A stretch of DNA of 64,000 nucleotides from contig NC_043015.1 in assembly GCF_006345805.1 (NCBI RefSeq), positions 7,068,001 to 7,132,000 on the forward strand, in the 5' to 3' direction. The position numbers and the translations under genes are program-made. The notes beneath the pieces are model-generated. The model ran no database searches, was not told the origin of the DNA, and was given only the letters and a program-made list of their open reading frames with translations. Below are positions 26,706 through 38,528 of the stretch, one piece after another; within the stretch, counting starts at the first letter, position 1; every line of letters starts with the position of its first letter. This stretch comes from Octopus sinensis (lineage: Eukaryota).

Positions 26706-27004
26706 AATATCAGTTGAGGTATTTATCTGTTATGCATAAAGAAACTGATCTTAACATATGAAATTGAACATATATATGAATCTGTATGCTCCAGGTTGTG
26801 TCACCTATACAAACTGCTTTATCGATTCAGGAAGGAAGAAGCCGTGCAAAGGCATGAGAGACTGCAATATATTTATCGGTGTAAGGAGAGAAGCAAATGC
26901 ATTTACTCACTGAACAGGGTCGAGAAAGTCTTCTACAGAAAAAGCTGAAACCATACACCTCAAGTGCGAATTCAGATACTTACATTCCACAGTTAACAAA
27001 GATG

Positions 27005-27185
27005 TCTAGCGCTCACTCATTCAAATAGGACGACGAATGTTTCCGTTCATCCGATCAACGGAACAGCCTGCTCATGAAATTAAGGTGCATGTTGCTGGGC
27101 ACTCCTCAGGCATGCGTACTCTTAATGTCAATTTCAGCGTGACACAGAATGTGACAAAGCTAGCCCTTTGAAAATACAGGGACTA
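27005..27185 (-). mobile_element. SINE 3' portion, same tail as 10243-10521
   Basis: CCGATCAACGGAACAGCCTGCTCATGAAATTAA..CAGCGTGACACAGAATGTGACAAAGCTAGCCCTTTGAAAATACAG is the reverse complement of the 10350-10500 tail. Confidence 0.7.
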
Positions 27186-27311
27186 CCTTTTTAGGCCAGC
27201 TGAGTTCACTGGAGAAACGTAAAATATATTGTCTTGCTCAAGTACAAAACGTACCGCCGATTATGGAACTCACGACCTAAAGAAACTGAACTAGCCGAGC
27301 ACCACAACGAA

Positions 27312-27491
27312 CCCCACATAAAACTTAATACAAACCTTAAATATATAAACACATCGAGTAACCATTCGAACTTTATTAAAAGAGGACTGCTACACAGCAT
27401 CAGCTAAATAATTTCACGCTGCTCTTCCAACCAAGATATCTTTAAATAGTATAAGGAACTCTACAATAGCGCATTAGAAAAAGCTGGTTAA
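27312..27491 (+). mobile_element. Penelope-like RT thumb-region remnant
   Basis: PHIKLNTNLKYINTSSNHSNFIKRGLLHSIS*IISRCSSNQDIFK*YKELYNSALEKAG*, matching PLE 'PY.KPN..YIN..SNHP..I.K..SI..RIS..SSN..IF..YN.AL..SGY'. Confidence 0.75.
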
Positions 27492-27542
27492 ATTTAATAC
27501 GTAGACTTAGAACACTTTAGAAATAACCAGAATAACATAAAA

Positions 27543-27815
27543 TCCCAAGACATGCACTTTCGCAAAGATGTCTGCAAAAGATATATAAAGAGTTTAAAAG
27601 CAGGACGTCATTGCTGGGGATTGCTTCCACTGGAGACTGGAATTAGAGAAGGGTTTTAAAATACGAGAGGAAAACTGGGTCTTGCTATCAAGAAAAGCAA
27701 ACTTGAAAACCATATCCATGATAAGACAGGTAGACAACGCCTTCAGGTGCAGTCACTGCAATCAGAACTATCACTCACACGTGGTTCAGGAATAGTCAGT
27801 ACAGTTGCTTTTCTC
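27543..27815 (+). mobile_element. RTE (BovB-like) LINE 3' end remnant
   Basis: HFRKDVCKRYIKSLK and DCFHWRLELEKGFKIREE..NAFRCSHCNQNYHSHV resemble RTE 'LRFKDVCKRD.K' and the terminal C2H2-like 'F.C..C.R.CHSR.GL.SH'. Confidence 0.75.
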
Positions 27816-28134
27816 CGGAATAGGGCAAAGAAATTTTTTCTGGTGCAAGTCCATTGTTTCGCGAATCTAATAGATGTATGTATGTACATATGTATGTTCT
27901 TCGCTTCTTTTATACTTAGAATAAATTTTGACCACCAACCAACTTGTAACAACGTTGTAAAGAAAAGTATACTGTTTCATTCATGATCTTTTATATCTTA
28001 AGGCCTTGATGAGTTTTATAATCCCAATGTATGTACTATATATTTATGTGTGTATGCATGTATTCAAGCTTGTATGTATATATGTACGTACGTATGTATT
28101 TGTGTATGTATCTATCTATCTGTCCATCTATCTG

Positions 28135-28167
<33 letters not shown>

Positions 28168-29116
28168 GTGTGTATGTACGTATGTGCGTGTGTTTGAACA
28201 TATGAAAGTCTCTGTACGTGTATGTGAATGTTTTTGATTCTCAGTCATTAAAGCTTTCTCTCTTTTTGATGTGTTTAGTATGTATTCTCTGAATATACAC
28301 ACAGGCTTCGCGCGCACACTTACACACTTACACACACACCGCACAGCACAGCACTGTCTCAACGTTGAGTGTAATGCTAAAATTGTAAAAATATATTAAC
28401 TGCCGTTTCCACTCACGTAACTTCCATTCTAGAGAAGAGGCTTTTTCTGACAATGAATCCCAATTACTTAGAAAAGAAAGCGAAAAAAAAAAATAAAACA
28501 AAACAAAATTAAAAATAGATAAATGAAAACTTGAATATCGATGCGCATTGTTTAGGTAATAGATGCGTAGACAATTGACTTTGGGATTTTAGTCGTTTAG
28601 AATTAATGAAATTCTCTTCATCTTACGTTAGTTCTAAACCTATGACGTTTATGCTTCTGTGTGACCGTTCTAAGCAACTATTAAGGGCTGAATGATTGTA
28701 AGAATAGCGTTAGCTAGACAATGAATGTCGTATAATAAAATATCTTTGAGAATAGAATGAAGTTATCGTTCGTATTTAACGTGTATATAAATATTAATGA
28801 AAGTTAATCAACGTCAGCTAAATGATTAAACTGGAAATTCAAGTTAGGTAAATGGACGCCATTATCGCCTGATACTTTCCATATTGTGTATCACTATAAC
28901 ACTGTAATTGTTATAAGTAATATGTATGGTGACATATAGACCCCCTTAACCTTCTCTCATGCCCCCTCTGTCTCTCTCTTTCCCTCTCTCTCAATCCATT
29001 TAAATATCCCACTATCAGTTCGTCTGTTTCTCTATCTATATATCTTTTTATCTATTTGACTACTTTATGTATGTGTGCATGGTATCCACATAAATATATA
29101 TAATATATATACATAC

Positions 29117-29155
<39 letters not shown>

Positions 29156-29319
29156 CACATATATATATCCGTCCATTCCTTTATAGAGATTTATATATGT
29201 ACATATATATTGAAGGGACATTGAATGAAATCAAAGTTGTACTGGTTGTTACTGTGTTTCAAATAACGTGAGGAACATACGTGCATATATATACGTGTGC
29301 ACGTGTCTGTTGTGCATAT

Positions 29320-29354
<35 letters not shown>

Positions 29355-30121
29355 GGAGAGAGAGGGAGAGGGAGAGAGACTTACGTATATATATTGTGCT
29401 TATCTGAATATGTGCAACCATGATATTATGCAACGTTCCACATTTGTATTTTAAAAATCGATACTACACTATTTTATATTTTGGTTATACTTACCAATAT
29501 AGTGCTAGCCTCTCTTTAAAAACATTGTTTCTGTATTTTGATTTAAATTTCTCTTTGTATCTGTCATTGTGTGTGTTTTGTGTACGTATGCAGTGGTTTA
29601 TGTTTGTATGCGTCAATACGTGTTTGTACAAAGAGTTAAAATAGATGTTTTACTACATTCTTCAAAGGTAACAAGACATTGTGACTTATATACTGCTATA
29701 GTGTGGCAGAACACTTAACAAACTCGCTTCTCAAATACCTCGTCCCGGTATCTTGACATTTGTCATTGCCTCGTATCATGTGTAGATCCACGTCTTTTTA
29801 GTAGATGCGAGTTGAAAGAAATGGGCAAACACTTTCGAATGAATTCTCCCTTTAATTCAAATTTACAATTCTTTCAGGCACCATATCAGTGTGGGTTTGC
29901 CTTCAGATTGAAATATGGTCCACGCGTTCAATTATTCGCTAATTTGCAGAGTATGTGATTTAGTTGATCGAATAATTGAATGTTCATCGTGGAATCCAAG
30001 TGAGATATATTGCTTCCAAATTCTGATTTAAAAGTGATCCACGTAAAGTTATAAAGACAAAAGCAAATTATTTTTAATTACTTCAAAATTTGACGGAATG
30101 TCTGAAGTTTTAGAATGAAAT

Positions 30122-30298
30122 AGCTGTTAATCAATGACATCGACACCAGTGTTTAACTGGTACTTATTTTATCGACTCCGAAAAGATTAAAGGTAAATAA
30201 GATCTTGGATGAATTAAAATTCAGAGCGAAAGATCCAGAAGAAATACCGCTAATTATTTTATCTTGCGCGGTAACGATTCTGCCAGCTTTCTACCGTT
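30122..30298 (-). mobile_element. SINE-A, old copy
   Basis: CATCGACACCAGTGTTTAACTGGTACTTATTTTATCGACTCCGAAAAGATTAAAGG..ACGATTCTGCCAGCT. Confidence 0.75.
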
Positions 30299-30475
30299 CT
30301 AGTACTCAATAGGTTTAAGACAGTGTAGTTAGGGGACGTGAGTCAACAAAGATTTGCTGCCATCAATGATATTGATTGGTATCCTACCCTTCCTCATTGA
30401 CATCTTTTTTTTTTCAAGGTTCCAGGTTTAGTCCCATTGCATGGCATATACTCTGATGAAAAGTGTAAAGTATAT

Positions 30476-30742
30476 GCGTGGGAGTGGCTGTGTGGTAAGT
30501 AGCTTACTTACAAACCACATGATTTTGGGATCAGTCCCACTGCGTGGCAAGTGTCTTCTACTATAGCTTCGGATCTTGTGAGTGGATTTGGTAAATGGAA
30601 ACTGAAAGAAGCCCGTCGTATGTATATATATGTGTGTGTGTGTGTGTCTCCCAACATCGCTTGACAACCGATGCTGGTGTGTTTACGTCCCCGTAACTTA
30701 GCGGTTCGGCAAAAGAGTACGATAGAATAAGTACTAGGCTTA
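30476..30742 (+). mobile_element. SINE-B, 3'-truncated; paralogous to 34986 including 5' flank
   Basis: GCGTGGGAGTGGCTGTGTGGTAAGTAGC head; private deletion TAGCTTCGGATCTTGTGAG shared with the 34986 copy. Confidence 0.9.
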
Positions 30743-32886
30743 CTCTTGAGGGAGCTTTCGAGTTGGAGAGGAAAACCTAAGAAACAAAGAAGTAATGCTG
30801 TAACCGATGTTCTATTCCCAATGATTTTTAAAAAAATGAATATCCTAGTACTAGGTTGTGTCCTGTTAGATAGAGCATCGAAGTAAATATGCAAGACCAA
30901 TACATATTGAGAACTAAATATATTTCATTACATACAAAAGCGCTGTGTTTGTGTGTTTGGTGTGCTTGGGTTCGCTTTGTATGTTGTATGTATCCATTCT
31001 TTTTGTATAGATTTATTTTATCTATCTCTGAATCTTATATTTATCCCAGGTATGTGACAAATATATTTATGTATTCGTTTATTTATCTATTTATACAATT
31101 ATTTATTTATACATCTAACTATTTCTCATAAGTATTGCAAATAAGTACATATGTCTATTGTGTGTGTATTACACTGTATGTTTCTATGTATTATTTACGT
31201 TTTTTTCCCTCTCTCGGTGGGTGAGAGAGGAATAATTGATTATAAATCGACCTCGCTTCTTGATTGGTACTTATTGTATTAGTCCTGGTGGTGTTTGAAT
31301 AGAGAACGTAAAGTTCGTCAAGAACTACCGAACGGCGTTTTTGCCGTTGATTTTATTGATATCGCTACTTCACTAACCTAATAACCAATATTAAATGACA
31401 CAAATGCGTGCTTTGCGTTGGATTTTGGCTCCTCATGTGCCCTAACATTGTACAACAATGATCAAAGCCATTACAATTATGACTATCATATATTTTTGTA
31501 TATCTGATTACATAGACTTTGTTGATTTCCTGTAATATCTGCTCATTCTAATCTGATACGTCTCATTCGTGTATCGCTAACACACTCAAGTCATTTGTAA
31601 GTATTTGCACATATACCTGAATATAGAAAGCGACGATTTAAATGTAATTTGGCCGGTATTTCTGCCAGTTTGAGTAACTCTATAGACACATTTATTGTCA
31701 TGTTTCGAATAGCTTATTGTTAATTAACCTTAATCGACCAATCAGAAATCACATGTGATGACAATAATGCATATGTGTTTTCCCAGACATGTACTGCGTA
31801 ATACAACATCCATTTTCTTTTCCCTCTCTCATTTTTTTCGCTTTTGTTTTTGCAGACGGAGGATGTGATATGTAAAATATTTCGTTGTTATTTCTTGCAA
31901 TTTGAACGACCTTCTAGAGGCTCATCATTGGTTAGATTATATAAATGTTCAGACATTATGATTAAGCTTACGTTGCTTAAAATGTCGATTACAGACTACG
32001 TGACTATATATTAAAAGGAAATAGATAATTATCTAGGCAGCGTACACCTTGTTCGCTATTGAATTTTATATGCATATTTAACACCAAATAACTTTTCATA
32101 ACAATTAGATAGAGAAAAAGATAATAAAATGTCTTATCTGCGTCTATGTAATTTATCGTATGAAGCGGAGAATCTTGGAAATATATATATATTTAATTGT
32201 CATCTTTGAATTGTGCTCTGTATTTAGTATACTTACGCATGAACAAAATTTACACAAGAACAACCAGTGTCATATATTTATGTACTCGTAAATATAAATC
32301 TACATATTTTTATGCATTTACATTGTATATTCAAACATACAATTAAACAAAAAAAAAACTGTCACTTTTTATGTACTTGTATACATAAATATATTCTTGG
32401 ACATAAATCTCTCTAGGCATATGTTAATATGTTATTGTATATATAGGTATATTTAACAATATCGTTATATATATAGTGTGTGCCTGTGCGTCTGTATGTA
32501 TACGTAAAAGTATGTGTGCGTGTGTGTGTGTCTGTTTTTGTGTGTGTCTATGTGTATGTGTGTATGTGTGAATCTTGTGAAAGAATGGGATAAGGAAATT
32601 AAGTGCCATTATCATCGAAATCTACTAAAGCGGTTTTGTTAATATCACGTAAATATCAATATCGATACCAGTAGCTTACGTATGTATGTACGTACGTATG
32701 CATGTATGTATCTATCTATCTATCTGTTTATCTCTCTCTCTCTCTATGTATATATGTACATGCACACACAAATACACACACACACGCATGCACATACAGA
32801 AACACATATATAACAATATCTTCTCTATATGTATGCTTATATCTGTATCTTCACATACTTAGATGTTTATATATATATATATATAT

Positions 32887-33100
32887 TCTTTTATTTGTTT
32901 CAGTCATTTGACTGCGGCCATACTGGAGCACCGCCTTTAGTCGAGCAAATCGACCCCAGGACTTATTCTTTGTAAGCCTAGTCCTTATTTTATCGAACTG
33001 GTAAGCGACGGAGATATAAACATACCAGCATCGGTTGTCAAGCGATGTTGGGGGGACAAACACAGACACACAAATATATTCATACACACACACACACTTA
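32887..33100 (-). mobile_element. SINE-B, 3' half only
   Basis: TTGTTTCAGTCATTTGACTGCGGCCATACTGGAGCACCGCCTTTAGTCGAGCAAATCGACCCCAGG.. ending at the internal (CA)n. Confidence 0.9.
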
Positions 33101-33370
33101 CTCGGAAACGGATGCGTGGCGTTCAATTATATAATAATATAAATTATATATATATACATATATATGCATATATACACACATATACGTATATACTTACATA
33201 TATATATATACTTGCATATATGGGTACAGGACGTTATAAAACTAAACAACAGGAAATACGAAATACGAAGACATATATACATATGTATGCATAAATATTG
33301 AACTTGTAGCTGATGTTCCTATATGTAAAACATCATTACAGAGGAACAACACCAAAAGCCCAGTGCCATT

Positions 33371-33640
33371 TGTAACTGTCATGACATAGGAACTTGTCCA
33401 CTCGACAAGAATGTATGGTTAAATCCGTCATATATGAGCCAGAGGTTACAGCAATGCTAAATTATAACCACATGTCTTCCTTGGGACGCAAGAACAAAAG
33501 TAAAGGTATTAAGTCACCTAGTCACGTATAAGTATTTGAAGTCTAACGCCAGAGCAATTATAATGTATTGAAAACTGATCAAAAAATCCAAACCATATGT
33601 TAACGGATCAAGAAATATAAGCTATGCGTAGCTGAAAGAG
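33371..33640 (+). mobile_element. Second Penelope-like GIY-YIG remnant, heavily decayed
   Basis: CNCHDIGTCPLD / ECMVKSVIYEPEVT / LIKKSKPYVNGSR / KYKLCVAE across frameshifts. Confidence 0.7.
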
Positions 33641-34219
33641 CCCAGATCTTTTACACACTGCTAAATTCTAGATCCGAAGAACTAAATGCTAGTTCCTCTT
33701 AGCGAATTGGAAAGTACAACCCTCTCCGAATTGAGGAGCTGTACCGCCGACTCTTTGCAACTATGTTTTCAGCCTTATATTTTACGGTCGAAGGGAAACT
33801 AACTCAAATCCCCGCCCCGCTTTGCTTCGTTCTGTTTTCTTTTTCGTTTTCCGTTTGTTCTTAACATGGCAGCAGTCAAATTATCTTAACAAGTAAAAGA
33901 GCTTGCACTTATCTGAGGCTATATTAAAAGACGCATGCCCAAATTGACAGACATCGAGGTCGATTCCAACACATGATTATAACGATTCTACTGCCCTGCA
34001 TCTTAGACCGTTTTAGTGCTGAAGTAGATCCTTAGACGAAATAACTCTACATACGTGGTATATAAACATCGAAATGCTGAAATGACATGAATAATACTGT
34101 AATAGATTTACACACAAATGTGCAAGTTGAGTATTATTTACATTATGCCGATTGACTTTAATTGTGACGCAAATTATATTGCCTAATATGTACGCTTAGA
34201 TGTGACTCTAGATGTTAAA

Positions 34220-34445
34220 ATGCCGTAATAAGAGACCAGAAGACAGATTCCCCGGGTCGTGCAAGCTCTCAAGAGACCTAAGTGTAGACGACGAACGAGA
34301 TGATTAAATAATATCCATAGTCGCAGTTGGGCAAGTTTCGGCATCCATCAGAGAAGTTTAATGACGGTTGCTTGAGTGAAGATCCTATGGAGAAACTGTC
34401 TGAGGACTCCATAAATAGTTGGCAACGAAAATTGACGGATGGGTG
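34220..34445 (+). mobile_element. RTE LINE 3' end remnant
   Basis: RQIPRVVQALKRPKCRRRTR*LNNIHSRSWASFGIHQRSLMTVA*VKILWRNCL, matching RTE 'KRPRGRPRTRW.D.I..L.W..LGI..L..VA..R..WR'. Confidence 0.7.
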
Positions 34446-34985
34446 TGTAATTTAGTGACGGTTTACGAACCTATAAATTTATATTTGGTATCCTAATACA
34501 TTATGAAATGTGAGACGTGATTGCATCTCAAAGAAAACTTGATATTATGCCAGTCATCAAACGGTTGCAATGGAATTAATAAACCAATCCAACAATACAC
34601 ATATCAGCCATCTATTACGATTATAAAGTGTCCTTTCTCTTTCCACTCGTACAAACGTGCACACACCCACGCATACGTTTTCTACGTGTGCATGCGTGTG
34701 CATGTGTGTACGTGCTTGTGCATTCGTATGCACGCGGTCTTAAGCTATTAAATTCATGTAATCCAATAGAATATGGTGTATGCCCAAGGGTCGGTTACTA
34801 AATCGCCCCATCCTCTGAGTAGTTAATGAAGAAAACTGATAGAGACATAGCGGAACAAATACAAGCCCCATTTCAAGACAACATAAGAATCTATTAGAAG
34901 TAGTACCCGGAGTTATAGAAAGCATCAAGATTTTGGACAAAAGCGTTTTGATAATATCTATTCACATGAAAAGTGTAAAGTATAT

Positions 34986-35135
34986 GCGTGGGAGTGGCTG
35001 TGTGGTAAGTAGCTTACTTACCAACCACATGCTTTTGGGGTCAGTCCCACTTTTGGGGTCAGTCTTCTACTATAGCTTCGGATCTTGTGAGTGGATTTGA
35101 TAAATGGAAACTGAAAGAAGCCCGTCGTATGTGTA

Positions 35136-35214
<79 letters not shown>

Positions 35215-35407
35215 ATTTGTGTGTCTCCCAACATCGCTTGACAACCGATGCTGGTTTGTTTACGTCCCCGTAATATAGCGGCTCGGCAAAAGTGACCGAT
35301 AGAATAAGTACTAGGCTTACAAAAGATAAGTCCTGGGGTCGATTTCTTCGACTAAAGGCGGTGCTCCAGCATGGCTGCAGTTGAATGATTGAAACAAGTA
35401 AAAGAGT
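34986..35407 (+). mobile_element. SINE-B, full length, long internal (TA)n(TG)n
   Basis: Head, core, internal microsatellite and tail ..GCTCCAGCATGGCTGCAGTTGAATGATTGAAACAAGTAAAAGAG. Confidence 0.9.
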
Positions 35408-35486
35408 ATTGTCTTTGTTTTCATTTCAATTTAAATTTTAGGGCATATAGTAGATTTCATTAGCAAATTAACCTTATTTTTCAATC

Positions 35487-35698
35487 AAAGGCGTTGAGCT
35501 AGCAGAATGGTTCACACGCCGTGTGAAATGCTGACCGGATTTCGTTCGTCTTTACGTTCTGTGCTCAAATTCTGCCCAGTACGACTTTATTATTCGGTGT
35601 CAGTACATAAAGTACCTGAACACTAGGTTCGATGTAATTGATTTACTCCGCTCCCCCACGAACTTGCTTGTCTTGTGCCAAAATCTAAAGCCAATATT
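35487..35698 (+). mobile_element. SINE-A, old copy (tail type 1)
   Basis: AAGGCGTTGAGCTAGCAGAATGGTT..GTGCTCAAATTCTGCC..CTTGTGCCAAAATCTAAAGCCAATATT. Confidence 0.75.
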
Positions 35699-36319
35699 TT
35701 ATATAAACTATGCCTTGAGCAATCAATGTTTCGCTGGTGACGTTTAATTAAACAGAAACATCTGAATGTTATTCACGGAACCTTCTTATATTATTTTATT
35801 CTGTGTAAGTTTGTAAAAACAATTTTTGTATGAAACGTGTTCGTAGTTTCTTAACTATTTTTTTCCCAATGCTTTGAGAGATGTTTACAATTCTCGACAG
35901 ATCTTTGTTACCTTTCTTTAACAAATAGACATCTAAATCATTTAGACTTTTTTACGCTTTCCTTTCATATGTTGCAACTCAACTAAGTTATTTAAATTAT
36001 TATTTACGTTATTTTTGCATTTTTTATGACGACCACACACAATATAAACTATGCCTCCCGCGCTCTCACACAAAAATACACACACTTATACACATTCGTT
36101 CACGAAACTCACACACTTTAAATTATCATCCGTTATTGTTTTTTTACTTTATTCCTTCATCATGTACATTATCATTTTTTTAATTAATTTTTTACCATAT
36201 TCGCTAACTTGTTTAAATATTAATATTTGAATGTCAGTTTTGTAGAGAATATTCACGTAGAACCATATCAAAAGTACTTTGAAAATATTGGAATTGTAAA
36301 TAATTAAAAATGTAAATGT

Positions 36320-37050
36320 TGGAGTGTATACATACATACATACATATATAAATACAATACGCACATACATACACACACATATATATACATATTTATACAT
36401 AATGATATATATATATGTATATACTTATGCTAGTGTATGTATGTGTGTATATATATGTATATATTTTTGTATGTATATCTATGCAGATACATATGTATAC
36501 ATATATATATATACATATATATACACACATATATACATATATATACACATATATACATACATATATACATACATATATACATACATATATATATATATAC
36601 ACATACATATATATACACATACATATATACGTACATATAAACATGCATATATATATACACATATATATACACGCATATATATGCATACATATACACGCAT
36701 ATATATGCATACATATACACGCATATATATGCATACATATACACGCATATATATGCATACATATACACGCATATATATACACATATATATATACATATAT
36801 ATACACACATATATATATACACACATGTGCATATATATATATACATATACACATATACATACGTACACATATGTATTTATATACATATACATACACATAT
36901 ATATATACATATATACATATACACATATACATACGTACACATATATATATACATATCTATATATGTATATATGTATATATATTATATTATATCTATATAT
37001 AGGTATATATGTGTATGTAGCAATATTTGTATGTATGTGTGTGCGCGTAA
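36320..37050. repeat. Large (TA)n/(TACA)n tract containing a 24-bp minisatellite at 36669-36778
   Basis: ACACGCATATATATGCATACATAT repeated four times plus a partial copy (seen as YTRIYMHT x4 in the ORF track). Confidence 0.95.
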
Positions 37051-37569
37051 GTGTGCCTGTGTTTGCGCAAATTACCACTGGCCCTCATATACGAACACTG
37101 TGTTGGAGTTCGTAACCTAATCTGTTTATTGCTTCCACAAAATTCTCGTCACAGATTATCACTCTAGCTTATCTGTTGTCCTGTGGTGTGAACTTGGTCT
37201 GCTTAGATATCAAGGCCACACCACGCTGTTGCAAATGGCATGAATATTTTAAATATTTTATTCAGGAAGCAAACATTTAATTCACCCAAGTAGCTTCTTT
37301 ACTTCTCTCGCTACCATCACCACATTAAAGAATAAAAAAGAACAAGGATAAAACACAACTAGCAAATAATGGAAGAGGGTGAGCTTTCTTCGGAATAACA
37401 GCAATCGAAAATAACGATGTAGCCTCCATATTGTTATTCGTCAGAAAAATTTCTCTCGAATCAAACACCCAACTTCTTCGAAAGTGGAAGCACAATAATT
37501 TAATTTTAGAGAGAAGCTGGATATATTAAATACCCCTAACTAGAGGAAGTATTCATAGTTGACTGCGAG

Positions 37570-38243
37570 GCAGAGTGTAAGTTAATTCTACCAATCATAG
37601 TGCTCAAACAGTATTTATTTTCTTGGCCCTAAGGCGGCGAGCTGGCAGAAACGTTAGCACGCCGGGCAAAATGCTTGGCGGTATTGCGTCTGCAGCTACG
37701 TTGTGAGTTCAAATTCCGCCGAGGTCGACTTTGCTTTTCATCCTTTCGAGGTCGATAAATTAAGTACCTATTTTTTTATTACCCACAAGGGGCTAAACAC
37801 AGAGGGGACAAACAAGGACAGACATAGGTATTAAATCGATTACATCGACCCCAGTGCGTAACTGGTTCTTAATTTATCGACCCCGAAAGGATGAAAGGCA
37901 AAGTCGACCTCGGCGGAATTTGAACTCACAACGTAACCGCAGACGAAATACGGCTAAGCATTTCGCCCGGCGTGCTAACGTTTCTGCCAGCTCGCCGCCT
38001 TAAATTAAGTACCAGTTACGCACTGGGGTCGATGTAATCGACTTAATCCGTTTGTCTGTCCTTGTTTGTCCCCTCTATATTTAGTCCCTTGTGGGTAGTA
38101 AAGAAATAGGTACTTATTTTCTTGGCCCCGAAAAGATGGAAAGTAAATCGATGTCAGTGGAATTTGAAGTCAGAAAATAAAGCGAGAAGAAAGGCCGCGA
38201 ATCATCATATGCTACGAGTTAACGGTTTTGCCAGCTCGCTGCT
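37570..38243. mobile_element. Triple-nested SINE-A: old (-) host, young (+) copy 37630-38113, young (-) copy 37769-38000
   Basis: Outer TSD TTATTTTCTTGGCCC at 37615-37629 and 38114-38128; inner TSD TAAATTAAGTACC at 37756-37768 and 38001-38013. Confidence 0.92.
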
Positions 38244-38528
38244 ATACAACAACTATTATAAACTTTCTTATTAAAGGCACGAGGCCTGAAATTTTGATGC
38301 GGCGGGAAATATATAAGTGGTGTGTATGTCTCTGTGTGTATATAAGTATGTGTTTGTGTATTTGTGTGCGTGCGTATGTATGCCTTGACATTAACAATCT
38401 CTCTCTCTCTCTTTTCCTCTCCCTTTCTACCGATCCAGTTGCTTTATGGATATCGAAACGATGCAAAACTGAGCCGAACTCGGTGGAAATTGAACTCAGT
38501 ATAAACCATAGCTAATAGCTTCCCACAC

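Noticed and set aside
36324-37120. Longest ORFs in the track (up to 263 aa, I/Y/H/T/C/V-rich), and similar ones at 8368, 15506-16245, 19373-19815, 22999-23485, 44066-44635, 62234-62688
   Set aside because: They are translations of (TA)n/(TACA)n/(TG)n tracts, open on both strands and in several frames because these repeats lack stop codons.
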